Positions 13,015 to 26,853 of a stretch of DNA of 64,000 bases are shown here, piece by piece (position 1 is the stretch's first letter; every line of letters starts with the position of its first letter). The notes below the pieces were generated by a model. The model was given only the letters and a program-made list of their open reading frames with translations. It had not been told where the DNA came from and searched no databases. The position numbers and the translations under genes were made by a program. The stretch is taken from the NCBI GenBank assembly GCA_000004985.1, contig GG738868.1; one strand, written 5' to 3'. The DNA comes from Naegleria gruberi (taxonomy: Eukaryota).

Positions 13015-13761
13015 TCAATAATCATAACATGATTGTTTCTTCTTTTGACCTTTCATTAGACTTTGAATGAAAATTGAGCTTTCAATTAGTTTATATTCCC
13101 ATCTTTTGGATTTTGATAATGCTTCATGAGATAGTTTCATAACATATTTGCAAAGTATTTTGAATCCAGTAAGGTTTTTTCTACTTTGTTTTGGAGAAAC
13201 CTCACATAAATTCACAACTACGTAATTGTGATTATGTTCACTAACACAAATTAAATCTCTATGCCTAATTATTTCATCAATAAATTCAGGTTTTTCTCCA
13301 TACTTTACAGTAAAATTGATTGATTTTTTTTCTTTGGATTGAGTAAGGGGAATGTATTTCAGTAACGAAACGTCATTTTCTAAATACATTGATTTGACAG
13401 TTACTCTTGAATCAAAATTTCTAATAATTAGTAAATTTGTCTTGAGCTTTTTATCATAGTAGGCTTTCTTAAAAAACTGCTCTGAAATACTTGTGTCAAT
13501 ACTATTACGATCAAAAAACTCATCAACACCAATCTTACTATTCTTTCCACTAACTGAAATACATTTATAACACATAAATCTCCAAATATCGTTTCTGATT
13601 GCTACATTATACCATTGCTTGCAAACTTGACCAACTCGGAGTGATAATTCTTCTGGTGAAAGGAAGAAGAATATTTGCATCAAGGATAGATCATCCAATA
13701 AGAGTCGTCTAATCATTTTTTTTATCAGTTGTATTTTAATATTTAATGGTGAACTTGCCAA
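13015..13761 (-). CDS. F-box domain protein
   Basis: Single 248-aa ORF. The F-box motif is LLLDDLSLMQIFFFLSPEELSLRVGQVCKQWYNVAIRNDIWRF. Confidence 0.6.
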   Translation of the reverse strand: MASSPLNIKIQLIKKMIRRLLLDDLSLMQIFFFLSPEELSLRVGQVCKQWYNVAIRNDIWRFMCYKCISVSGKNSKIGVDEFFDRNSIDTSISEQFFKKAYYDKKLKTNLLIIRNFDSRVTVKSMYLENDVSLLKYIPLTQSKEKKSINFTVKYGEKPEFIDEIIRHRDLICVSEHNHNYVVVNLCEVSPKQSRKNLTGFKILCKYVMKLSHEALSKSKRWEYKLIESSIFIQSLMKGQKKKQSCYDY

Positions 13762-13928
13762 ATCACCAGATTTGAAATAGATTACAATTGTTAATAATTA
13801 TTAATGATTATGAACATTTCAATAAAAACAAGAATTATAATGTTGTCTTTGACTTTTATATTAATATGGAAGGAATTTTTGCAAATTTGGAAATTTTTTA
13901 ATAAGGGATTTTACAAGCATAAAATGTG

Positions 13929-13940
13929 TTTGGCGCCAAT
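13929..13940. promoter_or_regulatory. E2F-like palindromic element TTTGGCGCCAAT in F-box/Myb divergent promoter
   Basis: Exact palindrome TTGGCGCCAA. A second half-site TTGGCGCTC lies at 14062..14070. Confidence 0.4.
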
Positions 13941-14397
13941 TTCACAACCAATCATCATGATATTTCAATGTTTAATGAATAATAAGAGGAAAATGAGCCC
14001 TGATGTTGATGAATTCTCTCAAAATAAGCTGTCCTCACATTGAATAATTTCCTTGATCTTGTTGGCGCTCAAGTTACAATTTATTCAAAATGAAATTGTT
14101 TACGATTATTGTTTGGCTGCCTTATATCTCCCTCAAACACAATTAAAAAATATTCAACAACGTTTAACCGATACATCAACCGAACAACCGACAAGGCCTT
14201 AGATCTACAACTACTGCTTTACCTCATCATCATTATCAATAATTTAATATTGTAAAGGCACAATAATAGTAGAATTTCTCTCATATTTAATTGTAGATTA
14301 TCAACTTAATTTGTTTGGAATTATCTTATCTTTATTTCCATCAAGTTTTAGGTTTAATAGTAAATAGTATCCAAACAAACACTCTCTTCCGAATAAT

Positions 14398-15849
14398 ATG
14401 AACACTACCAATTTTTCTTACATCCTCCAAGACCAAAATCAACAGGGGCATACTAGCATAACATTAAATAATGATGTTAGCTACTTGAATCCCTCCACTT
14501 TTTCTTCAATGTTCAATCAGCAAGATTCCTTACAAAACATCCAAACAGAATGCGTCATTAGTAATGGTATTCATGTACAAACATCAAATATGCAAAGGCA
14601 TAATAACAATAACAATAATAATCAAAGAAGCATGAATACAAACGAACAGATTAACAATTCAATACAGGATAACCAATATTTTGGGTTACCTAATAATCAA
14701 TTTATTGATTATTGCTCTAATAAGAATGAGCCATTCTTTATGGCTAAAATACCTACTGCTTACTATGAAAAGTTGACATTCTTTTTCAAACAAATTAACT
14801 CTCCTTCCTCAGAAAACACAAATGCCCTCAAAGTTCCAAAACAAAGTGATGACCTCTCTGATGATTCATCAAATGATAAACGAAGTAATAAGGGTGACTC
14901 TGTAATCAAAGGTTCATGGAGTGAAATTGAGGATGAGAAGCTGTTACAACTTGTAAAGAAGCATGGTCCAAAGAGATGGTCATTTATTGCTTCACATTTA
15001 GAAGGAAGAGTAGGTAAACAATGTAGAGAAAGATACCTCAATCACCTGGATCCAAAGATTAAGAAGAATGCTTGGACAGAAGAGGAAGATTCAATTATTA
15101 TTGAAATGCATGAAAAACATGGAAATCAATGGGCTAAAATCAGTAAATTCCTTGAAGGAAGAACAGCCAATGCCATTAAAAACCATTGGAATTCAACATT
15201 GTCCAAAAGATTGGATAAAAAGAAGGGTGAAGAACAAGGAGACAAACAACTCTTAGAACAAACACAAATACAAATGCCTCAACAATCAATACCTGTCCAA
15301 CAAATGGTCTATTCATCTGTAGACACTTCGATGTTAAAAGAAGGATTGAGAACAGACTATGCAGACCAAATCCCACTTTCTTGTAAATCAGACTTTGCAG
15401 ACTTTTTCACTCCAACCCCACAAGCTGCTGAGAACACAAATAAGAGAACATTCCCTTCAGGAACCATCGAGTCACTGAGTAAAAAGATCAAAACAGAGGA
15501 GTTACAATTAGAGACTGAAGAAACTCTCAATTCATTCGATAGTGGAAAGGAAAAATTCAAAAAGCTGAGACTCAATCTTATAGAGAAGAGTGACGATGTA
15601 AATAGTAGCTCAACAGTGATATGTCACGATTCAGGAACTCCTGGTATATCTGGTGTTTCAGTAATAACAGAACACATGTTACCTTCTGGATTTACACCAA
15701 AAGGTTTTGATCCCTCTCCGAGTGGTTTGTCTTTATTCTCTCCATCCAATTTTAATGATGGTGCCACTCCTTCCTCAACATCCTTAGGTAATATTTGGAT
15801 GGATACAGATGGGTTTTTCTCCTCCCCTAAGAGTACTAAGAATGTTTGA
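14398..15849 (+). CDS. R2R3-type Myb DNA-binding transcription factor
   Basis: There are two tandem Myb/SANT repeats: KGSWSEIEDEKLLQLVKKHGPKRWSFIASHLEGRVGKQCRERYLNHLDP and KKNAWTEEEDSIIIEMHEKHGNQWAKISKFLEGRTANAIKNHWNSTL. The flanks are N/Q/S-rich. Confidence 0.82.
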   Translation: MNTTNFSYILQDQNQQGHTSITLNNDVSYLNPSTFSSMFNQQDSLQNIQTECVISNGIHVQTSNMQRHNNNNNNNQRSMNTNEQINNSIQDNQYFGLPNNQFIDYCSNKNEPFFMAKIPTAYYEKLTFFFKQINSPSSENTNALKVPKQSDDLSDDSSNDKRSNKGDSVIKGSWSEIEDEKLLQLVKKHGPKRWSFIASHLEGRVGKQCRERYLNHLDPKIKKNAWTEEEDSIIIEMHEKHGNQWAKISKFLEGRTANAIKNHWNSTLSKRLDKKKGEEQGDKQLLEQTQIQMPQQSIPVQQMVYSSVDTSMLKEGLRTDYADQIPLSCKSDFADFFTPTPQAAENTNKRTFPSGTIESLSKKIKTEELQLETEETLNSFDSGKEKFKKLRLNLIEKSDDVNSSSTVICHDSGTPGISGVSVITEHMLPSGFTPKGFDPSPSGLSLFSPSNFNDGATPSSTSLGNIWMDTDGFFSSPKSTKNV

Positions 15850-16053
15850 ATAAATACATATATTTAAACATTTACTGATGTAATATTTATTGAAGCTTTA
15901 CTTTAGGTTTCTTGTCTGAAGTTGTTTTTAACTTTCCTTCCCTTGCTTCCACCATCTCACATCCATAACGCTCTAAAAAATTTTCATTGTAAAACAACAA
16001 ATAACTGGTTGTTCTTTAAAAAATTTGTTGAAAAAAAAACTCGCAAATCCAAA

Positions 16054-16509
16054 ATGCCACCAAAGTCCAAGGAGAGAAAGCAAAAGGTTGAACAAGTTTA
16101 CTACGGTCCAAGAAAGGGTGAAAACGAACTTGTCTTCGGTGTTGCTCATCTTTATGCTTCATTCAATAACACTTTCGTTCACGTCACTGACTTGTCTGGT
16201 CAAGAAACTATTGTCAAGGTTACCGGTGGTATGAAGGTCAAGGCTGACAGAGATGAAGCTTCTCCATACGCTGCTATGCTTGCCGCTCAAGACGTTGTCG
16301 TCAGATGTAAGGAATTGGGTATCAATGCTCTCCACATTAAACTCCGTGCTACTGGTGGTGTCCTCACTAAGACTCCTGGTCCAGGTGCTCAATCAGCTTT
16401 GAGAGCTTTAGCTCGTGCTGGTATCAAGATTGGTAGAATTGAAGATGTCACTCCAATTCCTCACGACTCTACTAGAAGAAAGGGTGGTAGACGTGGTCGT
16501 AGATTGTAA
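16054..16509 (+). CDS. rps14: 40S ribosomal protein S14 (uS11)
   Basis: [52 protein letters not shown]...[46 protein letters not shown]. Essentially the full-length uS11 signature is present. Codon usage is GC-richer, as expected for a highly expressed gene. Confidence 0.95.
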   Translation: MPPKSKERKQKVEQVYYGPRKGENELVFGVAHLYASFNNTFVHVTDLSGQETIVKVTGGMKVKADRDEASPYAAMLAAQDVVVRCKELGINALHIKLRATGGVLTKTPGPGAQSALRALARAGIKIGRIEDVTPIPHDSTRRKGGRRGRRL

Positions 16510-16903
16510 ATGGTCTATTTTCATTTTCTCTCAATAAAAAAAATAAATAAATTCTAAAATATTAAATTGTTCTTGTCGTGGATTTTTGGTTCGGTAGATA
16601 GGATAACTAGTAAAATTTACAATATTGAAATTGTTTAATTATTGATCGAATTAATCCTCAATCCTTCTTTAAATTTTTAAGATCAAAATGAGTTTTTAAA
16701 GGAAAATTGTTTTGTTGTTTATTGTTTTGTGATTTGTACAAGGAGGGCCGGCAAAATTGTTTGTTGATTAGAAAAGTGTTTTGAAAATGTATGAATAAAC
16801 TCTTAGGTTTGATGAACTGTCACTCTCTCAGTTAACATCGTATTCTTAGTCGTGTCACACTATACACTTTAAAATTGTGGTAATTGATGATTGAATTGTT
16901 CAA

Positions 16904-18107
16904 TTATTGTAATTGTTCACAAATCGAAGCCAAAACATCAATAGCAGACTTTGATTCGATTGGTTGATGGAAATAGAAAACACCAGGTTGTTGCCCAGTC
17001 ATTGGAGAAAAGGCAAGAGAATAATCAACATCTTCTGTTTCTGAAGTTGTTGGTGAGGATGTTTCAGTTGTATAACCATCAATCTTTGAATAAATTCTAG
17101 CCATTGATCCAGCTACTTTTGGAGACAAGTTTTGCATATTGATTGGGGATGGTGGTTGATTCTTTAGCCTCTTTTTGAATGGCATGGAAGGGGAGTTAGT
17201 TGATTGATTTGGTGATGGAATACTTGTTGTTGGGGATTGAGGAGTTGCGTTGGATGAAATAACTGGAATCTTTTCACTTGGGAAATGTTCAACTACTCTT
17301 CTCTTTGGAGTTGATTCAGTTGTTGATGGACTTGTCACAATTTCTTCTTCTTCTTCATCTGAAGATTGTTTGGACTTCTTTGTCTTTTTACGTTTGTTAT
17401 TAACTGTACGGTTTGGATTTTCTTGACATTCGCAACAAGTATAACTACCAGATTCATTATGTGGGTTTTTCATGCACTTTTTATGGATCCATTGATTGCA
17501 GTTAGTGCAAATGAGCCAGAATTGCTTTTCATTTCTCATATCACTTTCTTTGAAAATTTCTAAACATTCTTTACAATAGTGACCTTTTCTATAATGAAGA
17601 CCACACTTGTTACATAAGAAAACTGTCTTGGCTTTAAAGTTATTCTTTGGACTTGCTTCTTCAATACACCAGCCCTATTATTACATTACTGTAAATGAAA
17701 ATATTGAAATTATTACTTACTTTTCTCCAGAGTGGTGTTTTGGTGGTACCACATTTAAAGTTTGCACATTGCTTAACATTTCCATTGACACTTTGATGAG
17801 CGTGGGTAATTGCTGCTGATGCCTTTTCTTCGTGATGATGTTGAGAAGTTGTTTGAATGAGAACACTATTAGCAGTTGGTACGGGAAGAAGTGGATGTGG
17901 ATTGATTGTGAGAGGATTTGGTATTGTAGGAGTAAGAATTGGATTCAATGTTGAGGAGGATTTAATATTGACCAATGAAGGTTGAAGATTAGGTTGCAAT
18001 GAAAGAGGAGGAGCAACAACGTTCATCACTGGTGTCATCTTTGGGAATGAATAAGAGAGACCATGAAAACAATCAGGTGGTGGTGGTGGTAATGCACTAC
18101 TAGACAT
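16904..18107 (-). CDS. Zinc-finger protein with GATA-type finger (extended loop) followed by a PHD finger; 2 exons (18107..17721, 17674..16904)
   Basis: CANFKCGTTKTPLWRK is followed by intron 17675..17720 (GTAAGTAAT...AATAG) and then GWCIEEASPKNNFKAKTVFLCNKCGLHYRK. A C4HC3 PHD finger follows: CKECLEIF...FWLICTNCNQWIHKKCMKNPHNESGSYTCCEC. The N-terminal region is proline-rich. Confidence 0.65.
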
Positions 18108-18476
18108 TGTAGATAACTATTTGAGAGACGACGAAGGGAATGCGCGGGTATTTAATATTACTAGTTATTTGAAGGTAATCAGTTTTTTGATTCAAAATCT
18201 GATTTGGCGGTTTGATTGTTTTTTTTGTCTTCAATTTTATGTTGCACGATGGAGTGGCTCGTTTTGAAGTGAGCGGCAATCTTTCCCACGATCAATCAGT
18301 CTGATTCAGTTTTTCTCTTCGGGCTGATTGTTTGCATGCTTGGTCATAAAGAAATGCTGCTGATCGCATAGAGCTTGAATATCGACGGGAATGGATTCTT
18401 TAATTTACAATTCTGAATACATCAATGCTACCAAAAGAGTTAGGGAATGTTGAGTGATGGGTCGAAAAAAGCATGT

Positions 18477-18486
18477 GTTGGCGCAA
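18477..18486. promoter_or_regulatory. E2F-like element TTGGCGCAAT upstream of GATA/PHD gene
   Basis: TTGGCGC half-site about 370 bp upstream of the minus-strand ATG at 18107. Confidence 0.3.
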
Positions 18487-20248
18487 TAAAACCAAATCCT
18501 ACAGATATTGTCACAGTTTAATTGTGCTAATTGCCTGCATTATGTAGGAATAATATAATATACTCATTTCCTTTGTGGAGATTGACAATAATTGAAGTGG
18601 CCCATTCAAAGGCATTTTGCATAATCCGAAACGATGTGGGTTACTTGTTGGAGTTTGAATGACTATATTATTCTATACACGTTAGATATTTGATTTTACA
18701 ATGAGGAGAAGATCATCTACAGTGATTGAACATCTAAACCCAAAGATTTATCAGATCTATTGTGAAACAAACATGTCACCCACTACCCATCATCCACTAT
18801 CTATTCATTGTATCAGTTATTTCATCATCTACAGCGTTATCATTTCATTTACACTGTAGTGTTATCATTTCATTTACCAACTGCAGATATTTGCTCATTA
18901 AATTAATTGAAGTGAAGCCGAATCAAATAATATCGGTGTTATGCGTTAATTTGCAGACCACTCTTTCCTTATCTCGAAAAAATACCGTACGCAAACGGGA
19001 CTTCGCAAGGTTTTTGAAAAAGGAGCAAAAATTCTCCTTCAACACATTTGAATACTACAACTTACAAAGAAGGTTTGTTAAAGTTATACAATCATCTCTG
19101 ACAATATGATATATTGTTTCTTTTGGATGTTTCATTTGCCTTCTATTTTTATAATGTAAGAGATTGAGTTTGTTTTGTATCAAAATGCAATAATTAGAGG
19201 TTTAGTCTCGATTAATACAAAAATAGTCTTTTTATTACAGTTTTGCATAACAAGATTGATTTCAATTTATTTGGATCTGCTTCAACACATTTGAATCAAT
19301 TAAGGATGTTTGATCAATTTATACAAAAAAAATCTCATTTAAAAATTCCCAAAATTACCTGGAAAGAGCCCTTAAATGGTGTATTGTAAATTGTATACAA
19401 TGTTGATCTAACAAACTCAGTGATCTAACTCAGTGTATTAATTTATTCTGCATCTCAACTCCAACAATTACAGTGATTTAAAATGCAATTTGAATGAATC
19501 TCTTCTGCTAATTAAAATATGAATTTCTTATCTACTGATTGAAAGAAATTGTCAATTTGTGTATTGGTAGGGATGTTCAACATTTCCAATTCAAAACAAA
19601 TACCAATCTACGTTATTAGGGAAAATATTAAGTTTAATTCTTCAAATTATTCAAGATGGTTTATGGACGTCAGTAAAGATTATTCCAAAGTTGTCATCTG
19701 TTTCCAATTCATGATTCTTGTTTCATTGGAAGTTAGCTTCAAAGCACATCAAGAAGCAAACCATTTTCGTTATGCATGTTCTAAGCCAACTATATCTCAA
19801 AACCTTCCATTAAATTAAGATATCACACCATACCAAACAGGAACCATTTCGAAATTAATCCATTTATACAATGTTGAAATTATTGGTTTTGGAGGATACA
19901 GATTAGAGAGTCTTTGGTATTGGATCACATTTTCTCTTGGTTTCATCTCTGATGGGGGAGCTGTTTTGCTGCCACCATTATTTTGTTTACATTTTCAATA
20001 AGCCAACAGATTGACTGCAATTTAAGTCAACTTTCACCTTTCCAAATCACAATAAAAAAACATGAGAAAACCACCTAGGATTGAAAAATCGGAATGTTTC
20101 TGTCATCACTCCTTTTTATGCAATGGTTAGAGAAAAGCAGTACAATAATTGATGAACAGGTATTTGATAAATTTAATTGTTAAGAGATTTGCATCATGTC
20201 CCATCAATTTCTTCATCACTTAGCGTGAGGATTCAACAACACCTCTTT

Positions 20249-20260
20249 ATTTCCCGCCAA
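20249..20260. promoter_or_regulatory. E2F-like element ATTTCCCGCCAA upstream of large membrane protein gene
   Basis: Fits E2F consensus TTTSSCGC. About 110 bp upstream of ATG 20364. Confidence 0.3.
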
Positions 20261-20363
20261 GATTTTAGTACAACTTTTTATTCTAAATATCATTAAATTG
20301 AAAAAAATCCATCACTGACTGCAATAGCATTAGTTTCAAATATATATTGAGCAGCTATTTTGT

Positions 20364-23300
20364 ATGGAAAATAATATCCTTGATCCACAGAGAATAAGTG
20401 TAAATACTGAAAGGGTTGAAATTGTTATTCCCGAAAATATGTCGTCCCCAAGAGTTGAGTATCAACAACAACCACAACAAGATGTTTACATTACAACTAC
20501 TACTACAACTGAGCAGATATTTCAACAATTACCAGGTCAGGATGTAATGTTAAATCATTTTGTAAATTTGGAGGAAAATATCAAGATGGAGAATGACAAG
20601 AAGGGAGATTCGAATAAGAAGAAAAAGAAAGATAGTGGAAGTGATAAATCAGATAGTGAAAATAGCAGTAATGTAGATCCAGCCCTGAAAAAATTAAAAA
20701 AGAAGAAAAAACTCAAAAAGAAGGCAGTTAAATGCTTTGGTAAGGCTGTTGATTTTTTGGATTCAGTTGGAGAAAGTGTTGATGGGCCAGTAAGTTTAAT
20801 CTTATGAGTATTTTTCATTATGACACCTGTTAGGGATTAAGAAAGAAGACATTTATTGGAGCTATGGCAACAACTGTAATGAGGATAGTTGTTGTCATTC
20901 TAATTGCATACAAATTATACTTATTGATTATAGATCAACGTACTCAAACTACTGGAAATATTTTAGCATTGAACTATTTCAGAACAACCGATACAAAATA
21001 TATGGACATTCCAACTTTACAATTGAGTATTAGGAAAAATATTACATTTTATGAAAGGAGGGAATATGGTCCTTCTCTTCAAAGAATTGATATTTACGAT
21101 AATTTTGGTTATGAGAAGGTGTTTTCATCTCGTAGAAAAGCTGAGGATTCATCTTCTGTAGTTCCAGTTACCAAATCAATTAATGGAAAGGCCACTGTTA
21201 AATTGAATAGTTTTAGTCCTGCCCTCACTCCTCCTTTTACATCTGTGCAAATTGTAAGAGGTGCTAATGCATCACAGAGTGTGTTCACAACCAAGCAACA
21301 AAGTTTGAATATGTTATCATCAAAAGTATCAGATCCTTTGAAGATTTTATATTTAGTGAATGGTGTATTTGATTCTGGTGATTCAGTATTTTATAATAAT
21401 ACTGTTCATTTGTACTTGAGATTTGTTGATGACATGTCTCATATTAAACCATGTCAGATTCAAATTGGTTTATTGAATAGTGGTGTTTTGGATCTGATCA
21501 GTACGGTTGGTGTAGATGGACAAACATATATTAAGAAAGAATATCAATCCCATGCTGAAACCTATTTTGTGACTCAAAATTCTACTTGGTTAGTTCCAAT
21601 AACAAGTTATGAAGGTACTGGAACTACGAGTGAGATTTCATCTGATGGTATTAATTATAATATGATTTACTTGAATTCTAAATTTAACACTCAACAGTTA
21701 TATGAATTCATGTCAAGAACAAGTATTGGTGGGGCTAGTATTGATGTGGCCAAACGATATTCAGAAAAGGGAATGACACCATCATCTTTTCTAGAATGGT
21801 CCTTCCTGATTAGCTATGTCAATAACTTTATCTACACTGAAAATACTATTCAGTGTGATCAATACGAATCCGATGTTACAGATCTAACAACTTTGTATTC
21901 AAATCCATCCAAAAATTTAAAGGAATGGATATTCAATGTTGATATTCAAATCATTGCGGATATGATAGTTGATACTTCTGATTTTTTCTATGCCCAAGTA
22001 CCTAGCACATTTAGTTTTGAATCTAATAGCTTTAATTTGATAATTTTTGGTGTAACTGGTTTGTCTGAAATTGTGCAAGTAACAAACATTGAATCTCCAA
22101 CAATCTCTGCTAATGGAGCTACAAAGAAATACCTTAAATTATTTGTCACAAGAACAAATCCAAAAAATTTCAAATCTGTAGAGTCACAAGGTTCAACCTT
22201 TGTCAATTCGGTTATCAATTACAAGAAGGTCAACTCACCCAATACACTTCCTCTGGAATGGGTGTTAAACGGTTTCTGGAATTGTCCATCCTCTAAATAT
22301 GGAGATAACTTTTGCGATTGTGAGTGTGGATTTTCAAACTCAACCCATACCTTTCGAGATGTAGATTGTGACAATTTGCTTCCAACTTTATTTTTTGGTA
22401 ATAACTTTGTTAATAATTTTATGAAAACATCCTGTGCTTCAAGTGGTAAATTCTGTTCTTCATCTGGTTCATGTATCAGTGCTCCTTATTTGAAAGCTAG
22501 CAAACCATGTTATTACAAAGCTTCATATCTTGGAGAAAAGCAAATCGTAGGATTTTTTGGAGCTCAGTCTGATTTCAAAGAGAGTCTTTGTTCTCAATGT
22601 CTTGGTGATACCTTCTACAATCAAGTGCCTAGTCTTTCCTTTAATAACAACAAGTACATGTGTCAATTGACTCCAAAGGGCTATCTATTTGGAAGAGATA
22701 TTTTCTCTGATCTAATGTCTGGAAAAGATTATCTGCAACCATACACAAGTGGACCAGACTTTTTAGCAACTAAATGCTTAAATATTCCTGTAAGAGTCTA
22801 TGTTGGTCGCCCAGTTTTCCCAACCATTCAAACAGGTAAATATTATGAGCTAAATATTGGAGATGAATCAAATGATCAATACGTTCAATCCATGTACTTT
22901 GTTAATTTAAATGCCACAAAAAGAACAATCAAAACTCTCAATTCTGATAAGGACCTAGTTGGTGAATCCAAGTTTGATATTCAAATTCTATGTCTCGCAG
23001 CAGAGGATAATTTTGAAGAAATCCAACCAATGACTGGGTTTGGTGTAGTTGCTTCATCTGTTTCTTCTTATTCCAATTACATTTTTGTAGAACCAAAGAG
23101 TATCACTAGCTCAGATCCGAATATTGATTTAAGTTTCATTGGTAGATTCCCAACCAGTGGAACTTTCAAAGTCCAATTCTATGCGGGTAGTTCGTATTCT
23201 GATGGATTGTATGATTCATACACGCAACAACCAATAATGCTAGATGTAGAAGGGGTTACCGATTTAAACGGTTTACAAATACTTCAATTAAGATCACCAC

Positions 23301-25081
23301 CTTCATTCTCCATTGGCCTTGCATTTGAATTGAAATCTTTCAATAATTTACAAAGAACAAATGTCACCATTCAACAATTTGCTATTGGTACTGATTTATC
23401 AGGAACTAATATTATTGAAATGGTTGCAAAATATAAGGCAGATCCAGTTACTTATGCTCAAAGAAGACCAAGAATGCTGATTAGACCTTCTGTGAGTGAT
23501 TACAGTTATACGCAATACGTGCAAATAGATAATGTTATAATCACTAATACCTTGCCTCTAACTTATGAGATTCTTTTTGCTCAACCAGTCACATCTGATT
23601 TTGATGAGGGTGCCTTTGTGGAGTGCATAAACGACATGTCAGTTGGAACAGTGTTGATACCACTTACATTATCAAGTTCCTATGCAAGACAAGCTTATGC
23701 TCCAGCTCAATCATTTGAAAATGTTGGTATTCCTACACCTGATTCATTCAACATCGAATACTCCATGTTTGTTGTTCCTGACAAAAAGCATTTCCCAAAC
23801 TCTGATATGGATGATACATTTGAACAAGTACAAAATAGTCTCTCTGATACAGTTCTCAACTTGTGTCCTCGTGCTTATTCATACGAAAAGACCAGTATTC
23901 TCCAAAGCTCAGATGTTTGGACAAATTTTACTCTCAACCCCACCAGAGGTTATCAAATTAAAAACTGTACACTTCAGGTGTGGACAAGTAGTATGGTGAA
24001 TAAGCATTGTGTAGATGCTAGCAAGTCTACTAAGAACAAGTATAATGATAATTGTATCAAAGAAATGCCACCTTCTCAATCTTTGATTTATAACCATGTG
24101 ATTCAATTGAACAACAAATGGCAAAACTATTCTGTAACATCAGCATCAGACGCCTCTACAGGTGGTGCAACTCGTCCTGAATATGAATATAATTTCAAAC
24201 ATATTTACCATTTCCAACATGATAATTATGCTGATGAAACAGATTCCAAGTTTGCCAGTGAATCCCCAACTAGTGGTGATAAAACTGAAGATGGAACCAA
24301 TTATTTCTTCAATGGTAAACTGAATTATATTGGAAAATCCTTCAATCAATATGTACCGGCCAATAATCCAATTCTAGATATGGAAGCAACCATTGATTTA
24401 TCAGATTTCTTTGCTAAAGATGTTCTAGCAAATTCCAATGAATTAACAGCCAATTATGTGTTTAACTTCCTAGCAGAAAGTGGAACTTGGAGAGGGATTA
24501 AAACAAAAACTGAGAAAGATGTTAATGCATTTGGAAGATCCATTTTCAATGCAGTTAATATTAGATGGGATTTTTCATCGATGGAAAAGGGATCGCTCAA
24601 CAACAAGTTAACACTCACTCCAGGTAGTCAATACAATCTATTTGCTACCCTCAAAGTAACAACAGTATATTCTAGTGGAGTATTTGGAAATGCAGATATA
24701 ACCAATGTTCAAGTATTTGTTCAGTCAACCTCTGTAACTCATTCAGTTTTAGATTATTTGAATAGAAACAAATGCATTTTGAATTATGTTATTCAAATTG
24801 ATATGGCACAAAGTTATCAGGTGAAATTGTCTTCCGACTATACATTTCTGAGCTTCTTCAGTGATGTTGGTGCTGCATTAGGAGTAATGTCATTAGGAGT
24901 CATTGTTGTTGAATTGTGGCAATCATACATTTCACAACCTGAAATGTTTTTACATGAAGCAATTAAAGAAGAAAAGAAACTTCGTAAAAAGAAAGCTAAA
25001 GGATCTGTTGCTCCTGATATCATGGTTGGTGAAAATCTAAATGCCTCCAATTTCGTAAATAATCTAGCCTCACTCAACTAG
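20364..25081 (+). CDS. Large orphan membrane protein (about 1540 aa), two predicted TM segments and a Cys-rich extracellular module; 2 exons (20364..20789, 20834..25081)
   Basis: Exon 1 encodes a hydrophilic K/S-rich N-terminus. It splices at GTAAGT...CTGTTAG, in frame with the predicted second exon. The TM segment FIGAMATTVMRIVVVILIAYKLYLLII precedes an ectodomain of more than 1300 aa containing the Cys cluster WNCPSSKYGDNFCDCECGF...CASSGKFCSSSGSCIS...CSQCLGD. The C-terminal TM segment GAALGVMSLGVIVVELW is followed by a basic tail KEEKKLRKKKAKG. Confidence 0.6.
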
Positions 25082-25188
25082 AATAAATCTTAATTTTTCC
25101 TCACATATATTAAAACAAACTTTCCTCACAAGTTTAGCAAAACAACCAAAGCTGGGATTTGATTCATCATTTTTTTTGTAGATTGTGC

Positions 25189-25198
25189 TTGGCGGCAA
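25189..25198. promoter_or_regulatory. E2F-like variant TTGGCGGCAA upstream of dehydrogenase gene
   Basis: About 165 bp upstream of ATG 25361. Confidence 0.3.
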
Positions 25199-25360
25199 TC
25201 CTCTTTAGCAAATGGGAAATTGCAAAAGCGCGAGAAGTCCAAATTTGTTCTTAACAAACAAGGAATTGTTACTCTTTACATCAAGTTTGATGATGCAAAA
25301 CAACAGCCAGGAGAATAATCGAGTCAATAACTCCAGGTGTCTATTACTTGACTCAAAAAA

Positions 25361-26746
<1,386 letters not shown>

Positions 26747-26804
26747 TGTAATTCTAATGTCAGTAAAAATGTAAATTTATTTGTGCCATCAATGATTTTG
26801 AAAA

Positions 26805-26816
26805 TTTGGCGCCATT
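26805..26816. promoter_or_regulatory. E2F-like palindromic element TTTGGCGCCATT upstream of coiled-coil gene
   Basis: Exact GGCGCC core 45 bp upstream of ATG 26854. Confidence 0.4.
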
Positions 26817-26853
26817 TTTCTACAGAAAAAAAACAATAAAAAAATCGAAAATA

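Noticed and set aside
18762-19818. ORFs 18762..19109 and 19549..19818 in the gene-poor interval
   Set aside because: No homology, non-coding-like composition and no splice or start context. They are treated as spurious, and the region is reported only as a possible ncRNA or relic locus.
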